Assembly (NCBI GenBank): GCA_024137785.1
Contig: JAHRHZ010000107.1
Location: forward strand, 1 to 64,000
Length of the DNA stretch: 64,000 nucleotides
Direction: 5' to 3'
Source: Ginglymostoma cirratum
Lineage: Eukaryota
Shown here: in pieces, positions 13,441 to 26,544 of the stretch
Layout: each line of letters opens with the position of its first letter
Position numbering within the stretch: position 1 is the stretch's first letter
Made by a program: the position numbers and the translations under genes
Notes under the pieces: model-generated
Database searches by the model: none
Told to the model about the DNA's origin: nothing
What the model saw: the letters and a program-made list of their open reading frames with translations, nothing else

Positions 13441-14025
13441 GACTATTAATACTTGCTCTGTATCAATATTATTCCCTTGTCTACAATCATGATCATTCAC
13501 TTTATCTTTTATTCTTTGTCACTATTCATCTGTAATCTGCTTCACGCAATAACCATTCATTGGCTTTCCGTTTTGTTCCACTTGACCTTCACTTTTTCAG
13601 CATAAATGCCGTCACATTTTCACGTTCTTCTGGAAATATTCACTTCATTTTTGTCTCCCACAGTTACTAACAGACTTGTGGGGCTTCGCCAGCACGTTCT
13701 GAGCTTCTTTTCTTTAGTTAAGTACGGATCTTTTTTTTCTGTTCTTTTCGCCAATTCTGTGGAAATGATGGCACTGTCCTTTTTTAATGCTTTTCAGTCC
13801 TGAATTGATTGTCGGTACAGGTTTTCACACATTCTGGGTTATCCAGAAAATGCTGTCAAATTGCAGAAAGACATCTGATTTCAGAAAACAAAAAAGCATT
13901 TGAAGTTTCGTAAGCACGGCTGGCTGGGTACAGTCCAATGCTTATTGTAAACAGCTGAAGGGAAATCTGGGTGTATGTAGAATTATGTTGACAACCAATT
14001 TAGGAATAGTTGGGTTTGCTGTCAT

Positions 14026-14375
14026 GGAGGAGGCGATGGCCCAGTGGTATTATCGCTGGACCGTTAATCCAGAGAACTAGATAACGTTCTGGGGACCTGG
14101 GTTAGTCATCCCACCACGGAAGATGGTGATTCTGATGATGATTCAATAAATACCTCGGATTAAAAGTGTAATGATGACCGTGAATCCATTGTCGATTGTT
14201 GGAAAAAACCCATCTGGTCCACTACTGTCCCTTTGGGAAGGAAACTGCCATCGTGACCTGGTCTGGACTCGAGACTCCATAGCAATGTTGTTCACTCTGA
14301 ACAGCATTTTGGGCAATTAGGGATGGGCAATAAACGCTGCTTCGCCAGTGAAGCCCTCATCCTGTGAACGAATTT
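14026..14375 (+). mobile_element. tRNA-derived SINE with L2-type tail (DeuSINE/SacSINE-like)
   Basis: A-box tggcccagtggta, B-box-like gggttagtcatccc, body ccctttgggaaggaaactgccatc..acctggtctgg, tail gggcaataaacgctg..catcctgtgaacgaa. Confidence 0.65.
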
Positions 14376-14899
14376 TTAAAAAACAGTCAGCAGCATCATG
14401 AGGGTGACCTCCAAACCATCACGGTTGATAAACAGGAGCTGCGTATCACAGTTGTGGTTATGCACCTGGTGGAAATCCCTTGATTACTTATGTGTGTTTG
14501 GGTGTGAGAGAGAGTGTTCATGAGTCAGTAAAATCACAATGTGCAAGATAATTCCATTAAACATTTCCACCACTGGGACAAACACCACTGTGAATGAACA
14601 GCTAATGAACAAGCAAAGCTCGAAACGAGCAACACTGACATGGGAAAAGTGAAGAGGACTGCAGAGGTCAAATCAAAAAAAGATTTGGAGCGTGAAAAAA
14701 TGCAATACACTCCCTGCTGTGCCAAACTCAACAGGGATTTCATAAATTTGCAACTTAATCAGAACTTCAAATTCAACAGGAACTTAATGCTTGTCTTGCC
14801 AATGTTGCCTTTATCCCGTGAATGAATAACAAAAAAGCCATGATCGTGCTTCCTGTGAAGAGGTACAATAAAGATCAAAGTGCCATTTTCCTTAATTAT

Positions 14900-15175
14900 T
14901 TTCTATTCATTTGTGGGATGTCGGCGTCACTGGCTGGCCACGATTTCTTGCCCATGACTAGTTGCCCTTGAGAAGGTGGTGATGAACTGCCTTCTTGAAC
15001 CGCTGGAGTCTTCCTGCTGTGGGCTAACCCACAGCGATATCAGGGAGGTAATTCCAGAATTTTTGCTCAGCGGCAGTGAAGGAACGCTGATATACTTCCA
15101 CGTCTGGATGGTGAGTGACTTGGAGGGGAACTTGGAGTTGGGAGTGTTCCCATATGTCTTACAGGGTGCAGAGCG
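14900..15175 (-). mobile_element. L2-like LINE 3' end; absent from the paralogous site at ~34625
   Basis: Begins ttcatttgtgggatg..gcccttgagaaggtggtgatga (reverse of the family tail). Confidence 0.6.
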
Positions 15176-15787
15176 GTCCTTGAGTAGTAGAAATGAGGGA
15201 TGAGCTTTTCTATTTTCCGAAGTACAATAAATAAAACTAATGTTTTCATTTACACTTTGCAAACTGGTGCTCAACAATTGAATGTATTAATTCATTATCT
15301 TCCCCGGTGAGAGACGAAGGCTGGGCTTTTGAATATTTATAGAATTAAACAGGAAATCAAGTGTTTTGGAGGGCAGTCGGAAATATGGATTTCAGTTGGA
15401 ATCGGGTGAGCCATGATCTATTCAAGTGGCAGAGCAGATTCAAGGGGCTAAATGGCCATCTCTGCATCCATTTCTTGCAAACTTACTTATGTTAACACAA
15501 AGTCATTGAGTTTTATCGTGAGGGTAACGGACAGGGCTTCTGAAGGAATTGCTATTAATTATGTACACAATGGCAAAAAAAGCAGGAATCACTGACCAGG
15601 CTTCTCGAAACAACTGAAGCTCTAGAAATACGATTGGCACCCAGGAATGGTTATGATATTCCCCAAACTCTTAGGAAACAGAAAGTTATGTTGACTGATC
15701 GTTTTCATAAGAGAGGGTTCTGTGGAGAATTTTGTTTTGCATTCTCAGGGTGACTGCTGAATTTGATACGAATGTGTTTATCTGGTT

Positions 15788-15807
15788 GTAACACGAGGGG
15801 GAGCAGT
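15788..15807 (+). promoter_or_regulatory. CTCF-like motif (copy A)
   Basis: GTAACACGAGGGGGAGCAGT; paralogue of the stronger motif at 35156-35175. Confidence 0.35.
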
Positions 15808-16819
15808 TCATATACATGCCTTGTTTCAGTCTCATTTTCGAGCTCCAGCAGGAAGGAATAAAACGAACATTTTTTTTTGAAATCTTCATTTGTTCCAGGA
15901 ATGTGGGAGTCACTAACTAGCCAAACATTTTATTATGAACCCTGAATTAGGCTGCATTTTTTGAACCATTGCAGTTTCAGGACATGCACAGACACGCAGA
16001 GTGCTGTTGGGAAGGTCTGTCAAGGACTTTAACCCAAAAGAATGAACAATATTGAAGGAGCTACGACATATGTCCAAATCAGGATGGTGAGAGACTTGTA
16101 GGGAATTTGAAGACGGGGCATTCACATATATCTGCTGCCCCCATCCTCGACTGGAGAGATCACAAGTTTAAATGGATACCACAACGTTCAATTCACTCAT
16201 TTTTACATATGTATAATCCTTAGTCAACTCATATAGTTCTGATCTTTTAACGAGACCCTTCGGAAAGCGGACTTCTGCTAATTTAGCGAAAGGTTAAGGT
16301 AAGCACTTTGAATAAATTATCTATAAAAATCATTACCAATTGTGGGACACGAAGAAATAAGATTATGCATTGAAGCAAGCAAAGATAATGCAAGTTTTAA
16401 TCCGAGTGTCATTCCTTTGAGTTACGGTTATGTTGTGACATGTTCTGAAACCAACGGGCAGGCGGACTTGACCGTGGATCTCCTGGCTGAAAGGTAACGG
16501 CATTGCCACTGCTCCACAAGAGCTCCCTGCGACGACACGAGGCATGATAAATGACTATAATCCCACAGGACGAAACAACTGCTGGGTCATTAGAGAGAGA
16601 TGACAGGTTGTGGTTTGACCTGAGTGTCATCACACTTTAGGAGAGAGGAAAGGTTGAGAAGGGAAGTATTTCATGGTGGACTCATCTTGTGTAGGAACAG
16701 TACTTTGAGTACGTGGCTCAGTTCTCTTAAACGACTGAATCAATGACATTCCCAAAACTGGAAGGCCAAAAGTGGAGTAGATCGTTGGTAATTGCATAAC
16801 ATTTAGCACACTCGTGAGT

Positions 16820-17590
16820 TCTCAGCTACTGAACCAAACTGTGCACATATGCAGCAGGACCTGGACAGAATTTCGGTTTGAGTTGATAAATGGCACTTAA
16901 CATTCACACCACGTAAGTATCAAGCAATGATGTTCTCCAACAAAAAGGAAAGACGCCTTCTCCACATGACATCGCCCACCTCACACGCATGAACATTGAT
17001 GTCAAGTGTTTATCACTGACCAGAAACTGAAATGGACCAACCATAGAAATATCTTGGACTCACAAAGACATACGATGTTGGGATTTCTGCTTTGAGTAAT
17101 TCGTCATGTGTCTTCCCAAAGCTTACCACCACCTATGAAGCACAAGTCACCAGTGAGATGGGCTGACCTCCAAATAATTGGATGGGTGTAGCACTATCAA
17201 CATGGAAAAACCTCGACACTATCCAGCACCAAGTACTCCACTTGATCGATACTCTATTCCCAAATTTAAGTGTTCGTTCTCTTTAACATTAGCACTTAAT
17301 GATACAGCAGTGTTCCACCTATTTGGTATACTACAGTAACTCCGTCGTGCTATGGTCACTGCTCCTTGCAAAGCCGCGACTCTACTCCCTAAAAATCCAG
17401 AGGAGGAGACTCACTTTTGCGCTTCCATATGAATTTAATCAGCGATTTCACTTCCAAGTGCACCCCATCCTGAATTGGAACAATAGGGTCTATTCCATTA
17501 CTGTTGCTTGTTTAAATTTTCCGGACTTCCCTCCCTGAGAGCACTTCGGTGTGTACCTGCAAATCAAGGACTGCAGCTACTCCAGAAATA
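16820..17590 (+). mobile_element. L2-like LINE 3' fragment
   Basis: actgaccagaaactgaaatggacc..acctatgaagcacaagtca..cttccaagtgcaccccatcctgaattggaa; same family as 780-1680. Confidence 0.6.
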
Positions 17591-17609
17591 AAAAAAAAAC
17601 TGGAAAGAC

Positions 17610-18280
17610 ACTAGGAAGTTCAGAGGAAAAGAGGAATTTTAGGATTATCATCCACAAATCCCAGAGGCAGCAGTATGGTACAATACGTTAGTTAAGAAGG
17701 CTTTCGAGATACTTGCTCTTATCAGTTGCGGCATACATTGTTTAAACAGGGAGGTAATATTGAAGCTGTGGAGGACTTCAGTTACTGCACAGCGCAATTA
17801 CTGTGTGCAGTTCTGGTCACGGCACAATACGCAGAATATGGCTGCACTGGAGGCGTTTCAGAAATTCACCAAGATGTTGCCTGGTTTGGGCAATTTAACG
17901 TGGAAGAGAGTGTGGATAGGCTCGGGTTGCTTTATTCAGAGCAGAAAAGGCCGCGAGGGGACATCGCTGAGTTGTTAAGATTACGAGGGCGTGGACACAG
18001 TGAATTGGAAGGAAAAGTTCTGATCGTTTGAAAAGGCAATTATGTTGGGGGTATAATTTAAAAGTGACAGAATGTTTAAAAGGGATTTGAGTGAAACATT
18101 TTTCAGCCAGGGAATGTAGAGGCTTCAAAGCATTGCCTGAGATTGTATCAGAGGTGGGAAACCTGATAACCTTTAACGGTTCATGGTTAAGCACTTGAAA
18201 TATCATGACATTTGGCGCAGACTTGATAGATGAAGATCCTCTTACGTGTCATATGATTCAGTGACTCTCTGATTCTAAGT
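17610..18280 (+). mobile_element. CR1 3' fragment
   Basis: YCVQFWS..ALEAFQKFTKMLPGL peptide; tail gtgactctctgattct. Confidence 0.75.
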
Positions 18281-20169
18281 TAGCTCAATGACTTCAAGTG
18301 AAAATCAGCGGTAAACGCTGTCCCTGACCAGGACTCCAAAATTCTATGAAAGAATGTCAATCAAATTCATGGATATCCCTAACTGACAACATTGTGGGTC
18401 TGTCCACAGCACATGACAGCAGCATTTCAAGAAGGCAACACAGAACTTCCTTCTCACGTGCACTTGTAGAAGGATAACAGACGCTGACTTTTGCAGTTAC
18501 ACCACTGTCTAATTATGATAAAGAAGGCATTTTTTTAATCAGCGAATGATTTATCTAAGACGGAAAGAAGATCAAGAACTTTTCACTGAGAAGCAATGCT
18601 CGGGCCTTTGGATTCTGAGAGGGGAGGATGTAAAAGAGCAGGAAGAATCAAAGGAAACCAAGGGATTATTTCAATGCAACTGGGCAGTGAAAGAGAGTAT
18701 CATAAATGGATGTTCCCTTCAGACTGCTGAAAGCGATTCTTTGCTGTAGACTGTTTTGTTTAACTTGAGCGTGCTTTTCGGATTTCAGCAACAGATGTAC
18801 ACTACTGTTCTAACAAACAAATAAACCACTTTGCATTTCCACACTCTTGCAACACTCGAATGTCATCTCGGAACATTAACCACAATTATTATCATGCAGC
18901 CACAAGCGAGTGATTCGAAGAACTTCCTCAATTATGCTTTGATTGAAGAGGTAATTAATAATCAATTGCTAACGTCATTGCTGAGTAGCAGGCAATAATC
19001 TGCCATTTATCAGCAGAACATAAGAGTATTGGTTCGATTTCCCAAAGAGCTTCTTCCTCTTACTTACGTCCAGGCAAACGCAAAACAAACAGTATTTTGC
19101 CAGATGTTTTCACTAGTTTCCATGGCTATCACGCCCGCTCCCCACACCCGCCACTCCCCACACCGCTCACTGTCACAAACTGAAGCACCAGGGCCATAAA
19201 TCTACTGATAAATCAGACCTGAGGGTCGAAATCTCTTCCATATTGGTAATAAACGAATAACTCAATGGACAACTATTTGGAATCTGCAATTCTCAACATT
19301 CTTCGTGTCAACATACCTCGACCGAATTATTTGCTTCCAAGCTTGCACCTTCTTGCCAACAAAACAAGCGAATTAGTAATAAGCCAATGGCACAATTTCA
19401 CAACCTGGCCAATGTCATAATTAGTAAAGTGTTCCATTTCTCGCCTTAAATTCAAAGAGATGACTAGAAAGTGGAACAACTTGTAAACTTAACTATTGTA
19501 ACATGCCTCCACGAGAAGAAGGGACGCATTAATATTATCGTGTGGCAGGTGTTTGGTTATCTCAGTTGGCTGAAAGTCAAGTTTCTGATGCAGACTGAAC
19601 AGTGTGTGTTCAATCCCCTTGTTCACTTTGCATTTACAGTCAGGGAGTATTCAGTCAAGAAGTTAGAGGTCTTAAGTTACAGTGAAAATGACTTCAAGGA
19701 AAGACATTTGAGATAGAGAAGTTGCACAACCAAGACAGGATGTATTCTATTCGAGACCAAGAAAAGTGAGGGTGGGTTTTATGGAATTTTGGACACAATG
19801 ATACAAGTCTGATCTGTTGAGAGAGTTCATGACAGGAATGGAGTGTCGTAAATATGAAGCCCTTCTGAGGAACGAGGATGGGGGTGCAGAAAGCAACACC
19901 TGCCAGTAATATCAATTGGAACTGTGGTCACAGGAAAACTTAATAACATTTAGACAAATATGGCTTAACAATGAGCACTTGTTGGTGACTTCGTAATGGC
20001 TGGGACTCAGAATCTACAAAGTTATTCGACATCGTGTCAGGGATGGAAGAGAGAAAACTGGAGTGGGATAGACCATTAACAGTAAATCACATTGTGGTGT
20101 AATAAAACACACTTTTTATATATACAAGGGCTTTTTTTCCTATTTAGAACATGCAAGACCACAGTAATT

Positions 20170-22360
20170 TAGACTCATACAGTCATAGGGTCATGGATCA
20201 CGGAAAGAGACCCTGAGACCCAACTGGTCCAAGCCAACCAGATGTTCCAAACTGAAATAATCTCATTTTCCTCTTCACCATCCAAGTCAATGTCCAAATA
20301 TCATTTTAATTTTGGTATTGTACTCGCCTCCAACACTTCATCTGGCAGCTGATTCCATATACACACCATCTTTCTTTGTGAAACATTTGCTCTTCAAGAC
20401 ACTTTTAAATTCTTCCCGAACACCTTAAACGTCTGCCTTCGAGTTTTGGTTTGAGAAAAGTCCTCAGCTCTTCATCCTTTCAATGCTCCTCATCATTTTA
20501 TAAACCTTTATAAGGTCACGTTTCAGCCTCCTGCACTCCAGGGGAGAAAAGTCCCAGCTTATCCAGGCTCTCCAAAAAACTCAAAGATTCCAGTCTCGGT
20601 TGCCTTTTTCTAAATCTTTCTTTTGAACCCTTTCCAGATTAATAACGTACTTCCAATAACAGGACGAACAGATTTATACGCAATGCTCCAAATGAGGCAT
20701 TGCCAATGTCTCGTACACTCGTAACATGTCGTCCCAAACTCTTGTACTTTTCAACTGTGACGAATGGAATGAAGGTACTTTTGCCAAACGCCTTCTTCAC
20801 CACCTTGTCTATTCGTCACTTCACTTGCCAGAAACAATCTATCTGCTTCCCAGGTTCTCTTTGTCCAACAACACTCCCAAAATTCCTACCATTAACTCAA
20901 TAAGTTCTGCACTGATTTGTCATACCAAAATGCAATGCCTCACATTTGTCTAAATTAAACTTCAACGGACATTCCTCGACTCATTAGCTTGAATGATCAA
21001 GAGCATGTTGTACACTTAGATAACTTCCTTTACTGTCCACTACAATTCCAATTTTGGTGACATCCACAAACTTACAAACCATGCTTCCTATCTTTTATGC
21101 AAATAATTTATATAAGTTACGAATAATTGTCGACCAAGCACTGATCCTGATTGTACACTGGTCGTCGCAGTCCTCCAATCTGAACAACCACTGTCTACCA
21201 CAACTACTGTCTGTTACCTTCGAGACAGTTTTGTCTCCAATTGACAAGGTCTCCCATACTGAGTATCCTAAATCAGTGCTTGCCTTTCCAAACACATGTA
21301 GACCTTATCTCTCAGAATACACTACAACAACACATCTACTGCTGACGTCAGGCGAACTGGTCTGTTGCTCCATGGTTTTTCATTGTAGACTTTCTTAACT
21401 AATGGCACAACATTAGGCACCCTCCAGTCTTCCAGCACCTCAACTGTGGCTGTAATTGATGCAAATATCTCTCTGTGTGCCCCACGGTTTCTCCCCTAAA
21501 TTCCCATAATCTCCTGGAATCAACCTGTTCAGATCCCAGGAATTTAGCTATAAGTATGCGTTGTCAGACCTCCAGCACCTCCTTGTCAGTGATGTGGACT
21601 CTTTTCATCTCTATTTATTTCCCGGAGTTTACTAGATTGCATGTCTTTTCCCATGTCTCTCTGTGGTGAAATATTCGTTTCGGATCTCACCTATCTCCCA
21701 TGGTTCAATACATACATAAGGCCACTTCTTTAAGGTGGCTTCTCTCTTAAGTTGTATCAGAGATACTCGTTTTCCCTTAATATACTTGAAAAACTTCTTT
21801 GGATTCTTCTTAATATTACGACGAAAGTTATTGCATATCCCCATTTTTGCCTTCCTGATTTTCCTCTTAATTATGCGCCGATACCCCCATTGTCCTCACG
21901 AGATTCGCTTAACCTCATCTGTCTATACTTGACATATGCCTCCTGTTTTGCTTAACCAGGGCGTCAATACCTCTCACCATCCAGTGTTCCCTTCTCCTGC
22001 CAACTTTCCCCTTCAAACTTTCAAGAACATGTTATCCCTAAGATATCATCTCGATTGTGAAAGACTCCTATTTGTCAAAAGTCCCTTTATCTGTGGGCAT
22101 CTTCCCGAATCAACTTTTAAAAGCTCCTTTCTAACACCATCAAAATTGGCCTTGCCCTCGGTTAAAACTTAAATGTTTGGATCAAGCCTATCCTTCTCCA
22201 CAACTATTTTAAAACTAGCAAAATTATGGTCACTGGTCCCAAAGTTTTATTCCATTAACACCTCAGTCACTTTGCCTGCCTTAGTTCCCAAGGAGAGGTT
22301 TAATTTTTCCCCTTCTATAACAGCGCCAACCACGTGTTGATTGAGAAACCATTCTGACTT
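20170..22360 (-). mobile_element. CR1-clade LINE remnant
   Basis: Tail tagactcatacagtcatag at 20170; peptide NIKKNPKKFFKYIKGKRV..LCIEPWEIGEIRNEYF. Confidence 0.8.
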
Positions 22361-23354
22361 GAAAAGGAAGTATTGCTGCACCCATATCCGTTACTTTAGA
22401 GGATAATCAGTAATGCATACGAATCACCCTATCAACACGTTTGCTGTTGAACAGAAACATTGAACCATATAGGAAAGTCAAAGATTAATCTGCCAATCAT
22501 GCACACTTGTTGGCTTTCCGAAGGAGATACCGAATTAGGAGCACTTTGGAGTACAGTAGCCTTAATTATTTTATTGGTAAACTGTCTAGTACAATGTTTC
22601 TTTTTAATGTCGTGAGTGCATCTGTTTGAAACACCTTTAGAATAATATTTATTAAGCCCAAATAACTCGCTTTATCAAACCAAAGCAAGTCGCTCTTTGT
22701 TGGATCTTGTTTTAACGTAATTATCTTAAATTCATTATTCGCTATTGGTAGTATTTTCAGTTGAGATGATTTATTCCCATAACCAACCTAAAACTTTGAA
22801 CCTGTCAATTAATTATCCTCGACAACATTTTTAAAAGAAATTCAATCGGACGACTGTGCGATGCAGTGGTACTATTTTCTACACTTCTACATATTTGCAA
22901 TTTCTCATAACTGGGTAAATTTTAGTAGACGTTCTCAAAGCAATGTCACCCTTTGTAACGGCAAAGACCGTTTCTTGACACAAAACAGATCTCAGATTGA
23001 TTTAGCGATTTATGAAGAATCATCATGTCTTCATGATGTATTTTTATCTGGGCCCTTATTAACTTGGACAAAGGTCCTGCATGTTCTAGTTGGAGAATTT
23101 AAATGTCTTCCCGTCCCTTTACAGGTATGTGTTTCTGAAATCCTGGTCTTCATGCTCTTTGAAATTCATCCTTTGCACATCAAAGCAAGAATGCATCCCT
23201 CAGGTCACATAATATTACTTGCATGATATTTTGAGTTTGCCCTCCTTGACCATACATGTCATCTGGGAGAAGCAAACCATGATGCCATTTTGTTGCAACT
23301 TTTGATACCTCCTGGTCACTGTCCATCTCCCTCAATGGCCTTCATGTTTCGACT

Positions 23355-23940
23355 GTAAAACTGAGGAGCCATTTAGCCCATCGAGTTTTCTCTCCTCTAT
23401 TCAATGAGATCATGTCTGATCTGATAATCATTATCTCTACTTTCCTGACTTTTCCTGATAAACCTGGATTCCTTCATTGACCAAACTTCTGCACACCTTC
23501 GCCTTGAAAATATCTAATGACCCAGCATTGACATCCCTCTGCCAGGTGAAATTCGACAGATTCACAAACTCCTGAGAGAGGAAATTCCTCCTCATCTCTC
23601 CTTGAAATAGTAACTCCCTTACACTGATTTCGTCCTAGGTCCGAAACTCTCCCACAATCGGCAACAACCTTTGTACATCTACCCTGCCAAATCGCTAAAG
23701 TTTCACATTCGTTTTGATAAGATCGTCTCTCATTTTTCTGAGCTTCAATCAGTTCAGGGCCAATCTATTTATTATTTTTAAAAAAAACTCCTTATCTGCG
23801 ATTATCCTCATGAATGTTCTCTGGACCGTCTCCAAAATCAAAATATTTTTCCATCGATAAAGGTACCAAAAATCATTCGCAGTCTTCCAGCTGTAGTCTG
23901 ATTACTGCCTTCGATATATTTAGCTATACCTCCTTGCACT
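23355..23940 (-). mobile_element. CR1 3' fragment (paralogue at ~40155-40740)
   Basis: ccatttagcccatcgag..gaaattcctcctcatctc CR1 3' end, at the equivalent position in both duplicate copies. Confidence 0.7.
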
Positions 23941-24229
23941 GTTCGTAAGAAAGATGATTACATATGTTTGATAATTCGTAGGTGTTGATATTTTAGCAAG
24001 TGATAGAGTTAATCTCAAATTTACATAATGACATACTTATGGAAAGGAGGACTAAGAAGTTCATCATCCGCCATCCCATACTTTTTAAAAAAAACTCTCA
24101 GTAATAACAATGTATACACTATTCGTTTCAGCTGAATGCCAGAGGGGATGTGAGAATGATTGTCCTTTTTATCAAATTAGCTGTTGACCAAATGCGAAAT
24201 CAAGGACCTCTGACAAATTGAGAGTCAGT

Positions 24230-24725
24230 GAGAATCTGTTGGAAAACTTTATGTTGGTTCGCGTGGTACCTAGCAAATGGAAGATAGTTTTGGTCGTTGG
24301 AGATCAGTGATCACAGCTCCACTGCTGAAGTTCTTCGTTGGAACGACCTAGGCTGAACTATGCTCACCAGATTCTTTAATGACCCTCCCTTTATCATGAG
24401 GGCAGAAGTAGGGATGTTCATCGATGATTGCAATCAGTTCAGCACCTCTCATGACTCTCATATACATGTCCAAATGTATCAGCACCTGGACTCACAGCCA
24501 ACTTTGAGATAATCAGTGGCAAGAAAGTTCCTGCCATACAAATGCCAGGCAATGGCTATCCCCAATAAAAGGAAGCCTAGGTATTCCTGTTAGACATTCA
24601 GTGATATACCAATCAAGGGATTCCGCACTATCGAAAACTTGAGGGTAACCATTGACCAGAACCTGACCTGGTCCAGTCATATAAATACAATAGCTGCAAG
24701 AGGAGGTCTGAGGCTAGTAATCTGA
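24230..24725 (+). mobile_element. L2-like LINE RT fragment (paralogue at ~41510-42080)
   Basis: gaagtagggatgttcatcgatgattgca (MF.DDC)..accattgaccagaacctgacctgg. Confidence 0.6.
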
Positions 24726-24729
24726 GCGA

Positions 24730-25830
24730 GTGATGTCAGGATGTAATGCTGCATCCCTAAGTCAAGGATATGATGATGCAGCTGTCGGAAATCCATTCAA
24801 GGACCAGGTTCCAGTCAGAATTCGCCGTCCTCATTGGTACCAAGGCCATAGGCCTGAAGAGAAGTGCAGTCCTGAAGATAGGCTTGAGCAAAGAAACTAA
24901 AAGGCAGATTTTCAAAGTCAGTAATTTTGTGATTGTTCTGATCTATGGGGAGGCATCTTGGATCAGTGATTAGCAGGGCCAGGGACCCAGGTTTGATTGC
25001 AGCCTTCAGTGACTGTCTGTGTGCAGTTTGCATATTCTCCAATTGTCAGTATGGGTTTCCTGCTGTTGCTCCAGTTTTCTCCCAGTCCAAAGCTTTATTG
25101 GTTCGGTAGATTGGTCATACTTAATTGCCCATAGTGTCCAGGTATGTGAAGGTTAGATGGGGTGGGCAAGGTTATTGAGTAGGAGGTGGGTCGAGACGGG
25201 ATGCGTTTTTTAGGGTCGGTGTGTACCTGATGGGCGGAGTGGCCTGCTTCCACACTGTAGGGGCTGTATCTTCCAGTGATCATAAAAACAGAATTGTTAA
25301 TCACGTGGTTGGAGAACCTGTAGTGGATTTCTGCGGAATTCGGACGAATTCTGCTGCATGTTGTGGCAGTGCCAGCTGAATGTGCTACATTCTTATGGGT
25401 CAGGGACTGATATTCTAGCAGGGTTATTAGCTCGTGTTGGTGAAGTTGGTTTCAAGTGGCTTGTTAGGTGGGTGGGAGTTGAAGGACAGCCTAAATTGGT
25501 GGACGGGTCAGTAATGTTAGAGACAGGCAATCCAAAAGTTGTTTGGCGAGTGTAGAAGACGAGGGAAATGAAGCTCGGCGTCCAGTATACCTTGAAGGTA
25601 AAATGATGTCCAAACGACAAAGTTAAGAGTGTTCGACCTGAATGTACTCAACATTTACAACAAAATAGACAATCCAAAGAGATAAATAGAGACACATTGG
25701 TATGATTTAATTTCCATTACAGAAACAAGGTAGAATGGTGACTCGGACGGATTTTGAACGTTCAAGGATATTAACCGTTTAGGAAAGACAGACAAGAAGG
25801 AAAAAGTGTGCAGTTTTGCTCACAATACAA
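24730..25830 (+). mobile_element. CR1 ORF1 (esterase-like) and ORF2 5' remnant, split by a SINE
   Basis: AVLIGTKAIG resembles the CR1 ORF1 esterase motif VHIGTNDIG. cctgaatgtactcaacatt..attacagaaaca resembles the start of the ORF2 endonuclease. Confidence 0.55.
24948..25270 (+). mobile_element. HE1-type tRNA-derived SINE (elasmobranch)
   Basis: ccagggacccaggtttgatt B-box; gactgtctgtgtgcagtttgcatattctcc core; CR1-like tail gcctgcttccacactgtaggg. Confidence 0.8.
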
Positions 25831-25999
25831 GAAGGTTACTTCTCAAAACAGAACAGCAATTGGTGGAATCTGTTTTGGGCGGAAACCAGCAAAGGGGTAG
25901 CACAATGACAGAGGTGAGGCAAGAGGAGCAGGCCGTGGCATTGAGGCCGCATTTGACTGAGCGTGACCGAAAAAAGCTCAATGATAATCAGAATCACAG

Positions 26000-26540
26000 G
26001 GAATTAACATAAAAAATTGGTTGCAGTCGTGCTTGGTGGAAATGAAGATCGTTGTAGTCACTCGGGATAAGTTTTCCCAGCTTCAGGACTTACCAGCAGA
26101 AATCACTCAGTCTTGTGTCCTTGACCCTACCATCTTCAGATTCTTCATCAGTTACCTTCCCTTCATCACAAGTTGTCAGAAGTGGGGAATGTTTGCCAGT
26201 GACTGCACAATGCTCAGCAGCATTCGTGACTCCTCACATACTAAAGCAGTCCGTGGACAAATCCAGTAAGATGAGAATAATACCCAGATTTGAGCTAAAA
26301 AGTGACAACTAACATTCAGGTCACACAAATTTCAGGCAATGGTCAACCCCTGTAAAAGGCAATATTTTGGCCTTTGGCCAATGGCCAACCATTGTCCATT
26401 GACATTCCGACACCACCGACAACAAATCCTCTAGTATCAGTATCCTATTGATCACCATTGACCAAACTGACATCCTGATTCCCCAAAGCCTGACCACCAA
26501 CTACAAGGCACAAGTCAGGACTGTGACGGATATTCCTCCT
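26000..26540 (+). mobile_element. L2-like LINE RT fragment
   Basis: Peptide ITQSCVLDPTIFRFFISYLP..GMFASDCT. Confidence 0.6.
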
Positions 26541-26544
26541 CCTT

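Noticed and set aside
19130-19172. Short repeated CCCCACACC/CCGC motifs as an SP/KLF regulatory cluster
   Set aside because: Indistinguishable from a small low-complexity tandem duplication; no supporting context.
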